Assembly (NCBI GenBank): GCA_938084565.1
Contig: CALKEU010000001.1
Span: forward strand, 202,131-266,130
Direction: 5' to 3'
Length of the DNA: 64,000 nt
From: Candidatus Kapaibacterium sp.
Lineage (GTDB): Bacteria > Bacteroidota > Ignavibacteria > Kapaibacteriales > HRBIN21
Shown here in pieces: positions 56,286 to 64,000 of this stretch; within the stretch, counting starts at the first letter, position 1; each line of letters begins with the position of its first letter. The notes beneath the pieces were generated by a model. That model worked only from the letters and a program-made list of their open reading frames with translations, made no database searches and was not told where the DNA came from. A program made the translations under genes and the position numbers.

Positions 56286-56359
56286 TGCGCCCGGAGGGGC
56301 TCGAACCCCCAACCTTTGGAACCGGAATCCAACGCTCTATCCAGTTGAGCTACGGGCGC
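56286..56359 (-). tRNA. tRNA-Arg (anticodon CCG)
   Basis: Minus-strand GCGCCCGTAGCTCAACTGGATAGAGCGTTGGATTCCGGTTCCAAAGGTTGGGGGTTCGAGCCCCTCCGGGCGCA folds as a 7-bp acceptor stem, D-arm GCTC/GAGC, anticodon stem TTGGA/TCCAA with loop TTCCGGT, and a T-arm GGGGG-TTCGAGC-CCCCT. CCA is not encoded. Confidence 0.85.
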
Positions 56360-56379
56360 AGCGCGCTCCGGCAGCAGTG

Positions 56380-56387
56380 CAAAATTA
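56380..56387 (-). promoter_or_regulatory. Bacteroidetes-type -7 promoter element TAATTTTG upstream of tRNA-Arg
   Basis: Minus-strand TACGTAATTTTGCACTGC about 20 nt upstream of the mature tRNA 5' end. Confidence 0.45.
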
Positions 56388-56468
56388 CGTACTCTCCCCC
56401 TCCCTTCGGCGGGGACAGCTATCCACATGTGTGAGCTAGCTGTCACAGTGTGAGCCCGAGATGCTACA

Positions 56469-58586
56469 TCAGTAGCGGATGAGCCGTCGGATTGCCTCGG
56501 TAATCTCTGCAGGTTGGAGCATGATGGCCTGCTCGAGGGGTTTCGCAAATCCGATGGGGCAGTCCCGAGAGCCAAGTCGCACAATCGGGGCATCCAGGAA
56601 AGAGAAGCCCTCTTCGGCGATGACTGCAGCAACCTCCCCACCAAAGCCACCCGTGCGCTTATCCTCGTGGGCAACAATGAGGCGGTTGGTTTTGCGCACC
56701 GATTCCAGAACAGTCTGCTTATCCCACGGGGCAAGCGAGCGCAAGTCTACAACCTCAACGGAAATCCCCTCTTGTGCTACCTCTTCCGCGGCCTGCAGGG
56801 CCCAATGGACAGCTACGCCATAGGCCACGACAGTAACATCGTTCCCCTGGCGCCGAACCTTTGCTCGACCGAAGGGGATAATAAATTCATCGGGCGGCTT
56901 GGATGCCGCAGCAGGGCGGTAGTTGTAGAGGAATTTCGACTCCAAAAAGACCGTCACCCCGCGCGAACGGAGTGCATTCCGCAGCAGCCCAATGGCATCA
57001 TCGGCGAAGGCTGGGTAGACGATCCGGATGCCCGGGAGCGTGACGAGTGCCCCCTCGATGCTCTGCGAGTGATAGAGCCCCCCTTGAATGTAGTCACCAC
57101 TCGGAATCCGGATAACGATATTGGGCACATATTGGCCCTTGGTCCGCCAGTACTCGTGGGAACACTCAACGAGCTGATCCATCGCGGGCCAGAAGTAATC
57201 GGCAAATTCAGCCCCCTCTACTACCACCCAGATGTCCTCCCGATAGCGGCAGAAACCATTCGCCGTACCGAGGATGAAGTTCTCAGCTATCGGGGCGTTA
57301 AATACCCGCTCATTCCCAAACTCCTGCACCATACCCTTGGTTACGTTAAAGACGCCCCCTTTCTCCTTCGAGGCCACATCTTGGCCCCACAGAAAGGTAT
57401 GCGGATTGCGGCGGAACTCCTCCTTGAGTGTTACGTTAATGGCCTCCCGGAGCGTCAGCTGGGGTTGTGTGGGATCGCTCTGGTAGCCTTCTTCAGAGCG
57501 ATCTTCCTTATCGGCGAAGGGCTCTGGCAGGAGATAGAGCGACCACGAGTTCGGGTCCGGATCAGGAGCTGCTTCAGCCCGAGCGGCGGCTTCACGAATG
57601 ATACGCTCGTTTTCTGCTTCGAGCGCTCGAATTTCTTCTTCGGTGGCGATTCCGTATACAAGCAGCGTCTGGCGAAAGCGTGGGAGCGGATCTCGTCGCT
57701 TGACCTCTTCCAATTCCTCCGGGCTACGGTAGAGCCGATGGTCATCTGAGTTGGAGTGCGAACCGATGCGATCGCAATCGGCATGCACCATCGCCGGTCC
57801 GGCTCCAGAGAGCACATAGGCCCGTGCTTCCTGCATTGCCCGGTAGGAATCGAAGGGATTGCGCCCGTCACACTTGATGATCTTCAGATGCCGGAAGCCG
57901 ACGAAGTTATCGGCCACATCCGGGTTAGCCGTCTGCTCAGTCACAGGGACAGAAATCCCGTACCGATTGTTCTGGATGACGAAGATGACCGGCAGGCGCT
58001 CTCGCGAAGCCCCGTTGACAGCCTCGTAGAAGAAGCCCTCCGAGCAGGCTGAATCCCCACCGGAGTAAATGGCTATTTCATCCCCGCCATACTTTCTGAT
58101 AGCCCGGGCAACGCCGACGGCATGCTGAGCGTGGTTGCCCGTCGTAGAGGAAACATTCTGAATCCGGAGAGCAGGCTTGGCAAAGTGGTTACTCATGTGG
58201 CGCCCTCCGCTGGCCACGTCAGTATCCTTGCTGAGCCCGTTGAGAATGATCTCCTCCGGTGTAATACCTGCAGCTAAGCACGTGAGCAAATCTCGGTAGT
58301 ACGGAAAGAGGAAATCCTTCCCCGGGCGGAAGGTCACACCAATGGCGAGCTGAATACCATCGTGTCCAGCAAAGGGGGCATGGTATGACCAGCCCTTGCC
58401 GATACGGAGGTAGTACTGAGCCCGCTCGTCCAGCCGGCGCCCCAAGTGGACAAGCTGGTACCACTTCAAGACAGTTTCTCGGTCGAACCCTGTCAGATCA
58501 AAGGGTCCATAGGGATCTGGCTGCCGTGTAGGGTGAGCATCCCGTGCCTGCGACGTCTTCGTTCGGCGAGTACCTGCAGTAGGCAT
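56469..58586 (-). CDS. fused alpha/beta E1 component of a (branched-chain) 2-oxoacid dehydrogenase
   Basis: N-terminal E1-alpha TPP motif (GGDSACSEGFFYEAVNGASRERLPVIFVIQNNRYGIS) plus a C-terminal transketolase-like E1-beta half. The ORF track starts at 58724 and overlaps ilvE by 133 nt, so I place the start at the ATG (MPTAGTRR) at 58584-58586, 5 nt after the ilvE stop. Confidence 0.8.
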   Translation of the reverse strand: MPTAGTRRTKTSQARDAHPTRQPDPYGPFDLTGFDRETVLKWYQLVHLGRRLDERAQYYLRIGKGWSYHAPFAGHDGIQLAIGVTFRPGKDFLFPYYRDLLTCLAAGITPEEIILNGLSKDTDVASGGRHMSNHFAKPALRIQNVSSTTGNHAQHAVGVARAIRKYGGDEIAIYSGGDSACSEGFFYEAVNGASRERLPVIFVIQNNRYGISVPVTEQTANPDVADNFVGFRHLKIIKCDGRNPFDSYRAMQEARAYVLSGAGPAMVHADCDRIGSHSNSDDHRLYRSPEELEEVKRRDPLPRFRQTLLVYGIATEEEIRALEAENERIIREAAARAEAAPDPDPNSWSLYLLPEPFADKEDRSEEGYQSDPTQPQLTLREAINVTLKEEFRRNPHTFLWGQDVASKEKGGVFNVTKGMVQEFGNERVFNAPIAENFILGTANGFCRYREDIWVVVEGAEFADYFWPAMDQLVECSHEYWRTKGQYVPNIVIRIPSGDYIQGGLYHSQSIEGALVTLPGIRIVYPAFADDAIGLLRNALRSRGVTVFLESKFLYNYRPAAASKPPDEFIIPFGRAKVRRQGNDVTVVAYGVAVHWALQAAEEVAQEGISVEVVDLRSLAPWDKQTVLESVRKTNRLIVAHEDKRTGGFGGEVAAVIAEEGFSFLDAPIVRLGSRDCPIGFAKPLEQAIMLQPAEITEAIRRLIRY

Positions 58587-58591
58587 AGTCT

Positions 58592-59581
58592 CTAGGGTGA
58601 GCGGACAATTGTGGGACCTGTCAGAACTTTCTTGCGAGCTCGAGGTGCGCGAACAGCTTGCTGGGTCACAAAGGTCAGCCATCCGTATGGGTCGTCGCCC
58701 TCGCGCACAACGCGGAAGAAGCACTCCTGCATCCGACGCGTAATCGGTCCAGGGACACCGGAACCGATAGGGATACCGTCGACAGAACGCACGGGGATAA
58801 TCTCAGCAGCTGTACCAGTCAGGAAGAGCTCATCAGCAGCATAGAGCATCCCGCGCGGGATATCCGTCTCGACAACTGCAATGCCCTCTTCACGGGCAAA
58901 GGTCATAATGGTCTGCCGCGTCACGCCCGGGAGAATTGACGCCGACAAGGGGGGCGTGTAGAGTACTCCATCCATGACCAGGAAGATGTTTTCTCCGCTC
59001 CCTTCACTGACCATCCCGAAGACATCTAAACTGATGCCTTCGGCATACCCATGACGTGTTGCCTCTATGCGAATAAGCTGGGAGTTGAGATAATTCCCAC
59101 CGGCTTTTGCCATTGCCGGCATAGTGTTGCTAGCGATGCGCTGCCACGAGCTCACCCCGACATCAACCCCGCGCTGGGCCGCCTCCTCTCCTAAGTAGGC
59201 TCCCCACTCCCACGCAGCGACAGCTACCTCGACAGGACAGTTCAACGGATTCACGCCCAAATCCCCATAGCCCCGATAGACAATCGGACGGATATAACAC
59301 GCCCGCAAGCCATTACGAGCAACAACAGCTACGCATACATCGGCCAGCTCCGCAAGGCTATAGGGCAACTCTGTGTGGTACATCCGGACCGAGCGCTCCA
59401 AACGCCGGAGGTGATCATGTAAGCGGAAGATAGCTGTCCCGCGACGCGTGGCATACGCACGGATTCCCTCAAACCAGCTAGAGCCATAGTGGACAACATG
59501 CGAGAGCACATGGATACGTGCGTGCGCCCACCGCACAAAGCGCCCATTCATCCAAATGTACCGAGCAGGCTTCAGGGGCAT
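58592..59581 (-). CDS. ilvE: branched-chain amino acid aminotransferase (class IV PLP enzyme)
   Basis: [33 protein letters not shown]...[13 protein letters not shown]. The start is the ATG at 59579-59581 (the ORF track extends to 59794 and overlaps gatB), with GAGGAGGTG immediately upstream. Confidence 0.8.
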   Translation of the reverse strand: MPLKPARYIWMNGRFVRWAHARIHVLSHVVHYGSSWFEGIRAYATRRGTAIFRLHDHLRRLERSVRMYHTELPYSLAELADVCVAVVARNGLRACYIRPIVYRGYGDLGVNPLNCPVEVAVAAWEWGAYLGEEAAQRGVDVGVSSWQRIASNTMPAMAKAGGNYLNSQLIRIEATRHGYAEGISLDVFGMVSEGSGENIFLVMDGVLYTPPLSASILPGVTRQTIMTFAREEGIAVVETDIPRGMLYAADELFLTGTAAEIIPVRSVDGIPIGSGVPGPITRRMQECFFRVVREGDDPYGWLTFVTQQAVRAPRARKKVLTGPTIVRSP

Positions 59582-59588
59582 CACCTCC

Positions 59589-61061
59589 TCAATGCGTTGT
59601 CGGACTTTCCTCAACCTGGAGGCGCTCTTGGAGTAGCTGCGTGACAAGGCGCGGATTAGCACGCCCCTGCGAACGCTGCAGGACCTGTCCCACCAGGAAC
59701 CCAAGGGCGTTGGTCTTACCGCTGCGATACCTCCCGACGACATCGGGGTGTTCGGCAACGACTTGCTCCACAAGCTGGCGCAGCCAGCCCACATCGGAAA
59801 CCTGGCTCAGTCCACGCTCGGTGATAATGGCACGCGGAGCTTTGCCCGTCTGCACCGCCTCAGCAAACACCTCCTTAGCGATGCGACTACTGATCACCTC
59901 CTCAGCATAGAGCTCCACAACTTCCGCCAGATGTTCTGGCGGGAGGGGTATTCGGAGCTCTTTTGACTGCTGCTCCCCGAGGAGACGCAACACTTCGGTC
60001 ATGATCCAGTTACTCACCAACTTATACCGCTCCGGCGAGGGCTGACGTAGTGCCGCGCAACAGGCCTCGAAATAGTCAGCAACCTCCCGTTCCTCACACA
60101 GCACACCAGCATCATAGGCAGGGAGCCCATACTGAGTTATGAAGCGCTGCTTGCGCTGCAACGGTAGCTCGGGTAAGGCTGCCCGGACTCGCTCAATCCA
60201 TTCATCAGAGACAACCACAGGGACTAAATCAGGTTCGGGAAAGTACCGGTAATCATGGGCCAACTCTTTCGTCCGCATTGGCCGGGTCTCTTGTCGCAGA
60301 GCATCCCAGAGTCGAGTCTCATGCTGTACTTGCCCCCCTGCTTCGAGTATGGAGATATGCCGTTGGATTTCGTACTCCAAGGCCTTCTCTAGGTTGCGGA
60401 AGCTGTTCAAATTCTTGATCTCCGTCTTTGTGCCAAGACGCTGCTCGCCCCGAGGCCGTACGGAGACATTCGCATCGCAACGTAGCGATCCCTCCTCAAG
60501 ATTGCCATCGCAGATACCCAAGTAGCGCACCAACTGCCGAATCTGACGCATGTAGTGGTAGGCCTCCCGAGGTGACCTCAGATCGGGCTCACTGACAATT
60601 TCAATGAGCGGAACCCCGCATCGATTCAGATCAACCAAGGTGTCCACGTCCACATCGTGGATAGATTTCCCCGCATCCTCTTCCATATGGATCCGGGCGA
60701 TACCAACGCGCTTGATGGTGCCATCATCGAGCTCAATGTCGATCCAGCCGCCCGTACAGAGAGGCTCCTCATACTGCGAAATCTGGTAGCCCTTCGGCAG
60801 ATCTGGGTAGAAGTAGTTCTTCCGCGCAAACAGAGAATGTCGCCGAATGGTGCAGTGGGTAGCTAGTCCAATGCGCAGTGTTAACTCGACCACCTGCCGA
60901 TTCAATACCGGCAGGGCTCCAGGATGCCCCAGGCAGACCGGACACGTATGGGTGTTAGGCGGAGCTCCAAATTCGGCCGAACAGGCGCAGAAAGCCTTCG
61001 TCTGCGTCTTTAGCTGAGCGTGAACCTCTAACCCAATGACCGCTTCGTACCGGGGTACCAT
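59589..61061 (-). CDS. gatB: Asp-tRNA(Asn)/Glu-tRNA(Gln) amidotransferase subunit B
   Basis: [54 protein letters not shown] is the canonical GatB N-terminus. Confidence 0.85.
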   Translation of the reverse strand: MVPRYEAVIGLEVHAQLKTQTKAFCACSAEFGAPPNTHTCPVCLGHPGALPVLNRQVVELTLRIGLATHCTIRRHSLFARKNYFYPDLPKGYQISQYEEPLCTGGWIDIELDDGTIKRVGIARIHMEEDAGKSIHDVDVDTLVDLNRCGVPLIEIVSEPDLRSPREAYHYMRQIRQLVRYLGICDGNLEEGSLRCDANVSVRPRGEQRLGTKTEIKNLNSFRNLEKALEYEIQRHISILEAGGQVQHETRLWDALRQETRPMRTKELAHDYRYFPEPDLVPVVVSDEWIERVRAALPELPLQRKQRFITQYGLPAYDAGVLCEEREVADYFEACCAALRQPSPERYKLVSNWIMTEVLRLLGEQQSKELRIPLPPEHLAEVVELYAEEVISSRIAKEVFAEAVQTGKAPRAIITERGLSQVSDVGWLRQLVEQVVAEHPDVVGRYRSGKTNALGFLVGQVLQRSQGRANPRLVTQLLQERLQVEESPTTH

Positions 61062-61082
61062 TGCTCTTTCCAGCAAGCTGAG

Positions 61083-61090
61083 CAAACTTA
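61083..61090 (-). promoter_or_regulatory. candidate -7 promoter element TAAGTTTG for gatB
   Basis: Minus-strand TTTTTCGTAAGTTTGCTCAGC about 22 nt upstream of the gatB ATG. Confidence 0.35.
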
Positions 61091-61165
61091 CGAAAAAGCC
61101 CATGGAGCAATGGCGACACTCCCTCTTGCACTCTGCGAGCAGAAGAACTATCGGGCGAACGTCTC

Positions 61166-61173
61166 TACCTTTG
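61166..61173 (+). promoter_or_regulatory. candidate -7 promoter element TACCTTTG for the phosphoesterase gene
   Basis: Plus-strand TACCTTTG 16 nt upstream of the ATG at 61190; divergent from the gatB promoter. Confidence 0.3.
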
Positions 61174-61189
61174 TAAGCTCCCTCTGTCG

Positions 61190-61873
61190 ATGGCTGAGCG
61201 GCGCTTCGTCATTGGAGATATACACGGCTGCATTCGGAGTCTGGAAGCCCTGTTACGCCTTCTGGCCCCCAGGCGTGAGGACGAACTCTTTTTCCTAGGA
61301 GACTACATCGACCGGGGACCTGATAGCAAAGCCGTTCTCGATCTCCTCCGGCAACTGCAGCAGGATGGATATACGGTAATGACCCTGCGTGGCAATCATG
61401 AACAGCTCCTGCTTGAAGCTCATGTGTCAGCCGCTTCGTTCCGTCTCTGGCTTCTCAATGGTGGAGCGGCAACCCTTCGGAGCTTCGGCATCACGTCTCC
61501 ACACCACCTGCCAGCAGAGTACACTAACTTTTTAGCTGCTACCCCTCTTTACATTTCTCTGGACGTTGCTGTCCTCGTCCATGCGGGGCTTAACTTCGAT
61601 CTCCCTGATCCCTTTGCTGACACGGAAGCCATGTTATGGGACCGCAGCTTACGGGTAGATTCGGCCAAGCTTGGCGGGCGTCGTCTCATCGTAGGACATA
61701 CGCCCATGCCTCTCTCCTTCATTCGTCAGAGCCTCTCGCAAGACAAGGTCTTCCTAGACGGCGGGTGCGTGTACGGACGTGCCTCCGGATACGGCTACCT
61801 ATGTGCCCTCGAGCTCTCCAGCTGGGAGCTGATTGTACAAGAACATGTGGACTCGTCTGTCACATGGCTCTAA
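61190..61873 (+). CDS. calcineurin-like metallophosphoesterase (PPP-family Ser/Thr phosphatase / ApaH-like)
   Basis: GDIHGC...GDYIDRGPDS...RGNHE is the PPP-family metal-binding motif set. Confidence 0.7.
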   Translation: MAERRFVIGDIHGCIRSLEALLRLLAPRREDELFFLGDYIDRGPDSKAVLDLLRQLQQDGYTVMTLRGNHEQLLLEAHVSAASFRLWLLNGGAATLRSFGITSPHHLPAEYTNFLAATPLYISLDVAVLVHAGLNFDLPDPFADTEAMLWDRSLRVDSAKLGGRRLIVGHTPMPLSFIRQSLSQDKVFLDGGCVYGRASGYGYLCALELSSWELIVQEHVDSSVTWL

Positions 61874-61882
61874 TCTTAAGCT

Positions 61883-62461
61883 ATGGCTTCAGCAAACATT
61901 TCGTGGCGCCTCTTCATCGGATGCTTCCTCCAGAGCGAGGCTCTCTTGGCTGCATACGAAGACGTTTTCCAGACGTGTGCCCCCCTCTGCCGTGCAAAAT
62001 GGGTAGAACCGCAAAACCTACACTTCACGCTCTTTTTCCTGGGCGACGTACCGCAGAGCCGCGTCCCAGGAATGCTCCAACATTTAGCTCCCCTGTTCCA
62101 CGTTTACCGCTCCCCGCTATTGGTGACTGGCATTGGCGTCTTTCCTCACTGGCATGCACCTCGTGTTCTCTTCTTCCGGCTGGAAAATCCTGACCAGCAA
62201 CTCCAGGTCGTCTATAAACAATTCCGGGAAGTCCTCTCTTCGCTGAAGCTGGCCCCAGAAGAGCAGCACCCCTTCGTCCCCCATCTGACTCTCGCCCGCT
62301 TGAAGGCTCTACCCTCACCAGCTCTTTTTCGGGAGCGCCTTTCACCTTACGCGAACAAGCTCTTTGCTCAGTTCGAAAGTTTCCAACCTGTTCTGGTGCG
62401 GAGTACTCTAACCCGGGATGGGCCAGTCTATTCGGTGCTCTCTGCGGAATCGCCTGGATGA
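61883..62461 (+). CDS. thpR: RNA 2',3'-cyclic phosphodiesterase (2H phosphoesterase, LigT/ThpR)
   Basis: Two H-x-T/S-x motifs (HFTLFFLG and HLTLARL) at the expected spacing for a 2H enzyme. Confidence 0.7.
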   Translation: MASANISWRLFIGCFLQSEALLAAYEDVFQTCAPLCRAKWVEPQNLHFTLFFLGDVPQSRVPGMLQHLAPLFHVYRSPLLVTGIGVFPHWHAPRVLFFRLENPDQQLQVVYKQFREVLSSLKLAPEEQHPFVPHLTLARLKALPSPALFRERLSPYANKLFAQFESFQPVLVRSTLTRDGPVYSVLSAESPG

Positions 62462-63354
62462 GTGCGCCGTAGGAAGCGAAGCAGGGCATCTGTTAGAGGG
62501 GTTGGGGTAAAGTTCCAGACCATCTCAGCACGAGCCCAGCGCAAGCCTGCATAGCGCGGGCGTGCCGCACGGTCGCGATAGAGTTCTACTGCTGGCACAG
62601 GTCGCAAGAGACTCTCGGGGAGTCCGGCAACGCGGAAAGCACTCTGCAGGAATTCATACCGGCTCTGCCAGCTCCACCCTCCAACGTGGAAAATACCTTC
62701 GTGGCGAATTTGGATAGCACGAAGGAGAGCCTTTGCTAAGTCATCGACGAAGATAGGGTTGGTAAACACGTCCTGTGCTACAGCGATTGGTTGGCCTTCC
62801 TGTACCTTTTGCATAGCCCATTGCAGGATATCCCTGCACCACGGAGCTGGGGTTCCGTAAATGAGAGTTGTCCGAATGATCGTAGCCGATGGGACAGTGG
62901 TCTGACAGAGGTTTTCCGCCGCCAGCTTGGTCCTGCCATAGTAGTTAATCGGGTCGGGGCGTTCGTGTTCGGCATAGGGGCCGCTAGTACCGCTGAAGAC
63001 GTAGTCAGAGGAGAGTTGAATCAGATGAGCCCCGAGAATTCGGCAGACAGCCGCTAGGGTGCCAACGAGTTCAACATTGAGCTTCCAGGCTAACTCCCTA
63101 TTCCGTTCACAGAGATCGACATCGGTGAGAGCAGCTGTGTTGACAATCACCTCTGGTTCCCACTCTAGACATACGTTCCGCAGAGGTTGCCGTGCATACC
63201 CCGGAACAATGTAGATGGGATATCCGTGTATCTGCCGTGGCTCTCCTGTGCGGTGCGAAATTACCCGTACCTTCCATAGATCGTTCTGCCGACGCAGTTG
63301 TCGAAGAAAGGCTTCAGCGGTTTTGCTCCGTGCTCCAACGACGAGAATCCGCAT
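62428..63354 (-). CDS. rfbD: dTDP-4-dehydrorhamnose reductase (RmlD substrate-binding family)
   Basis: MRILVVGARSKTAEAFLRQL Rossmann N-terminus; SSDYVFSG...YGRTKLAAE (YxxxK) catalytic region. Confidence 0.75.
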   Translation of the reverse strand: MRILVVGARSKTAEAFLRQLRRQNDLWKVRVISHRTGEPRQIHGYPIYIVPGYARQPLRNVCLEWEPEVIVNTAALTDVDLCERNRELAWKLNVELVGTLAAVCRILGAHLIQLSSDYVFSGTSGPYAEHERPDPINYYGRTKLAAENLCQTTVPSATIIRTTLIYGTPAPWCRDILQWAMQKVQEGQPIAVAQDVFTNPIFVDDLAKALLRAIQIRHEGIFHVGGWSWQSRYEFLQSAFRVAGLPESLLRPVPAVELYRDRAARPRYAGLRWARAEMVWNFTPTPLTDALLRFLRRTHPGDSAESTE

Positions 63355-63426
63355 TTGCCACTATGGGGATTGTAGCACGCTCTTAGCGTAGGACACACTG
63401 GCAGACCCTGAGCTTCCTCCCCAAAT

Positions 63427-63441
63427 GTGACAAACTGTCAC
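63427..63441. other. perfect 6-3-6 palindrome GTGACA-AAC-TGTCAC in the rfbD/mnmG intergenic region
   Basis: Inverted repeat seen directly in the sequence. It is not followed by a T-run, so it is more likely a protein-binding site than a terminator. Confidence 0.3.
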
Positions 63442-63500
63442 CCCTACTTCCTCCCTTGCCTCCTTACTACACCATGTGTTTCACGTGGAACGCCTGCCAT

Positions 63501-64000
63501 TTATTGCAGATACAGGGTCAGGACCGCAATATCCGCCGGGGAGACCCCCGCAATGCGCGCAGCATGCCCAAGTGAACGTGGGCGAATTCTCTGCAACTTC
63601 TCCACAGCTTCTGCCGATAGTCCCCGCACCTTTGCGTAATCGAAGCCCTCGGGGATTGTAATGTCTTCACTCTGCGCTAAGAGCTCTGCTTCTCGCAGCT
63701 GGCGCTGGATGTAGCCCTCATAGCGCAATTCTACCTCTGCTTGCCGAATAACTTCAGGTTCTCGGAGTGCCCACGCATAACGACCGTCATACCACTCAAG
63801 AAGGGCGCGAAGCTCCACCGTAGGGCGCCGCACTAGCTGAGCAAGCGGAACAGATTCCTCTAGAGGGACCTCTCCACAGGCTGCTAAGAAAGAATTGAGC
63901 TCTTCGGGGACGGCCCGTGTCGCTTTCAATTCTGCCAACAACCGGCGGAGTAACTCTTCTCGAGCCAGCATCCGCTCGTACGTTCGAGCATCGATGAGGC
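63501..64000 (-). CDS. mnmG: tRNA uridine 5-carboxymethylaminomethyl modification enzyme MnmG (GidA), C-terminal part; the gene continues beyond the window end
   Basis: C-terminal GLSAEAVEKLQRIRPRSLGHAARIAGVSPADIAVLTLYLQ is the conserved MnmG C-terminus; the N-terminus lies beyond position 64000. Confidence 0.85.
   Translation of the reverse strand, partial: LIDARTYERMLAREELLRRLLAELKATRAVPEELNSFLAACGEVPLEESVPLAQLVRRPTVELRALLEWYDGRYAWALREPEVIRQAEVELRYEGYIQRQLREAELLAQSEDITIPEGFDYAKVRGLSAEAVEKLQRIRPRSLGHAARIAGVSPADIAVLTLYLQ

Noticed and set aside
56412-56420. DnaA-box-like nonamer CTATCCACA
   Set aside because: A single near-consensus box with no cluster; insufficient to call an origin. It is kept only as a note under the strand-switch finding.
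56270-56734. 154-aa minus-strand ORF
   Set aside because: It overlaps tRNA-Arg and the 3' end of the E1 gene. A coding region running through a well-formed tRNA is not credible.
56514-57749. 411-aa plus-strand ORF
   Set aside because: Antisense to the fused E1 alpha/beta gene, whose TPP motif and beta-subunit homology identify the minus-strand frame as coding
1-64000. Search for CRISPR arrays, rRNA, IS elements/transposases, integrases other than Xer, and toxin-antitoxin pairs
   Set aside because: I saw no regularly spaced direct repeats, no transposase/IS-like ORFs and no small adjacent TA-like ORF pairs. The only recombinase is a chromosomal Xer-type enzyme with a housekeeping context.

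Overview
High-GC chromosomal segment (roughly 60-65% GC by eye, not computed) that I assign to a Bacteroidota/Rhodothermota-like lineage on two observations. Seven predicted secreted proteins end in a T9SS-type C-terminal sorting domain. At least nine promoter-like elements match the Bacteroidetes -7 motif TAnnTTTG just upstream of verified start codons or a tRNA. Most of the window is housekeeping: cdd, speA, malQ, rplS, xerD, an M16 peptidase pair, lnt, gatA, tandem tatA, purQ/purS, pssA/psd, dnaN-recF, nuoC, mtaB, truA, pyrF, rpsU, tRNA-Arg(CCG), a fused BCKDH E1 alpha/beta with ilvE and gatB, thpR, rfbD, and a partial mnmG at the window end. The accessory part is a co-directional six-gene block (41.4-55.5 kb, minus strand) sandwiched between a TPR gene and rpsU. 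All six products are signal-peptide proteins, and five end in a T9SS CTD. They are a 2208-aa Pmp-repeat beta-helix protein, two proteins with cohesin-like N-terminal modules, one protein with dockerin-like Ca-loop motifs, a small paralogue of an internal module of the 1027-aa protein, and a 134-aa unknown. I propose this block as a candidate T9SS-exported cohesin/dockerin-type cell-surface assembly, and the coupling to T9SS is the novel part. A second T9SS cargo gene (SBBP beta-propeller plus Ig repeats) sits at 0.6-3.8 kb. Other notable points are an aspartokinase-like protein with a degenerate ATP-binding motif, a stand-alone nuoC next to an orphan E1-beta, an inactive M16 subunit with a LolA-like C-terminal extension, and recurrent TGTGA/TCACA palindromes in intergenic DNA. 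No CRISPR, rRNA or obvious mobile elements were seen. The ORF track uses ATG/GTG/TTG starts, and I re-derived starts where I could. My hand-counted coordinates for promoter motifs, the tRNA and structural elements are +/-2 nt.
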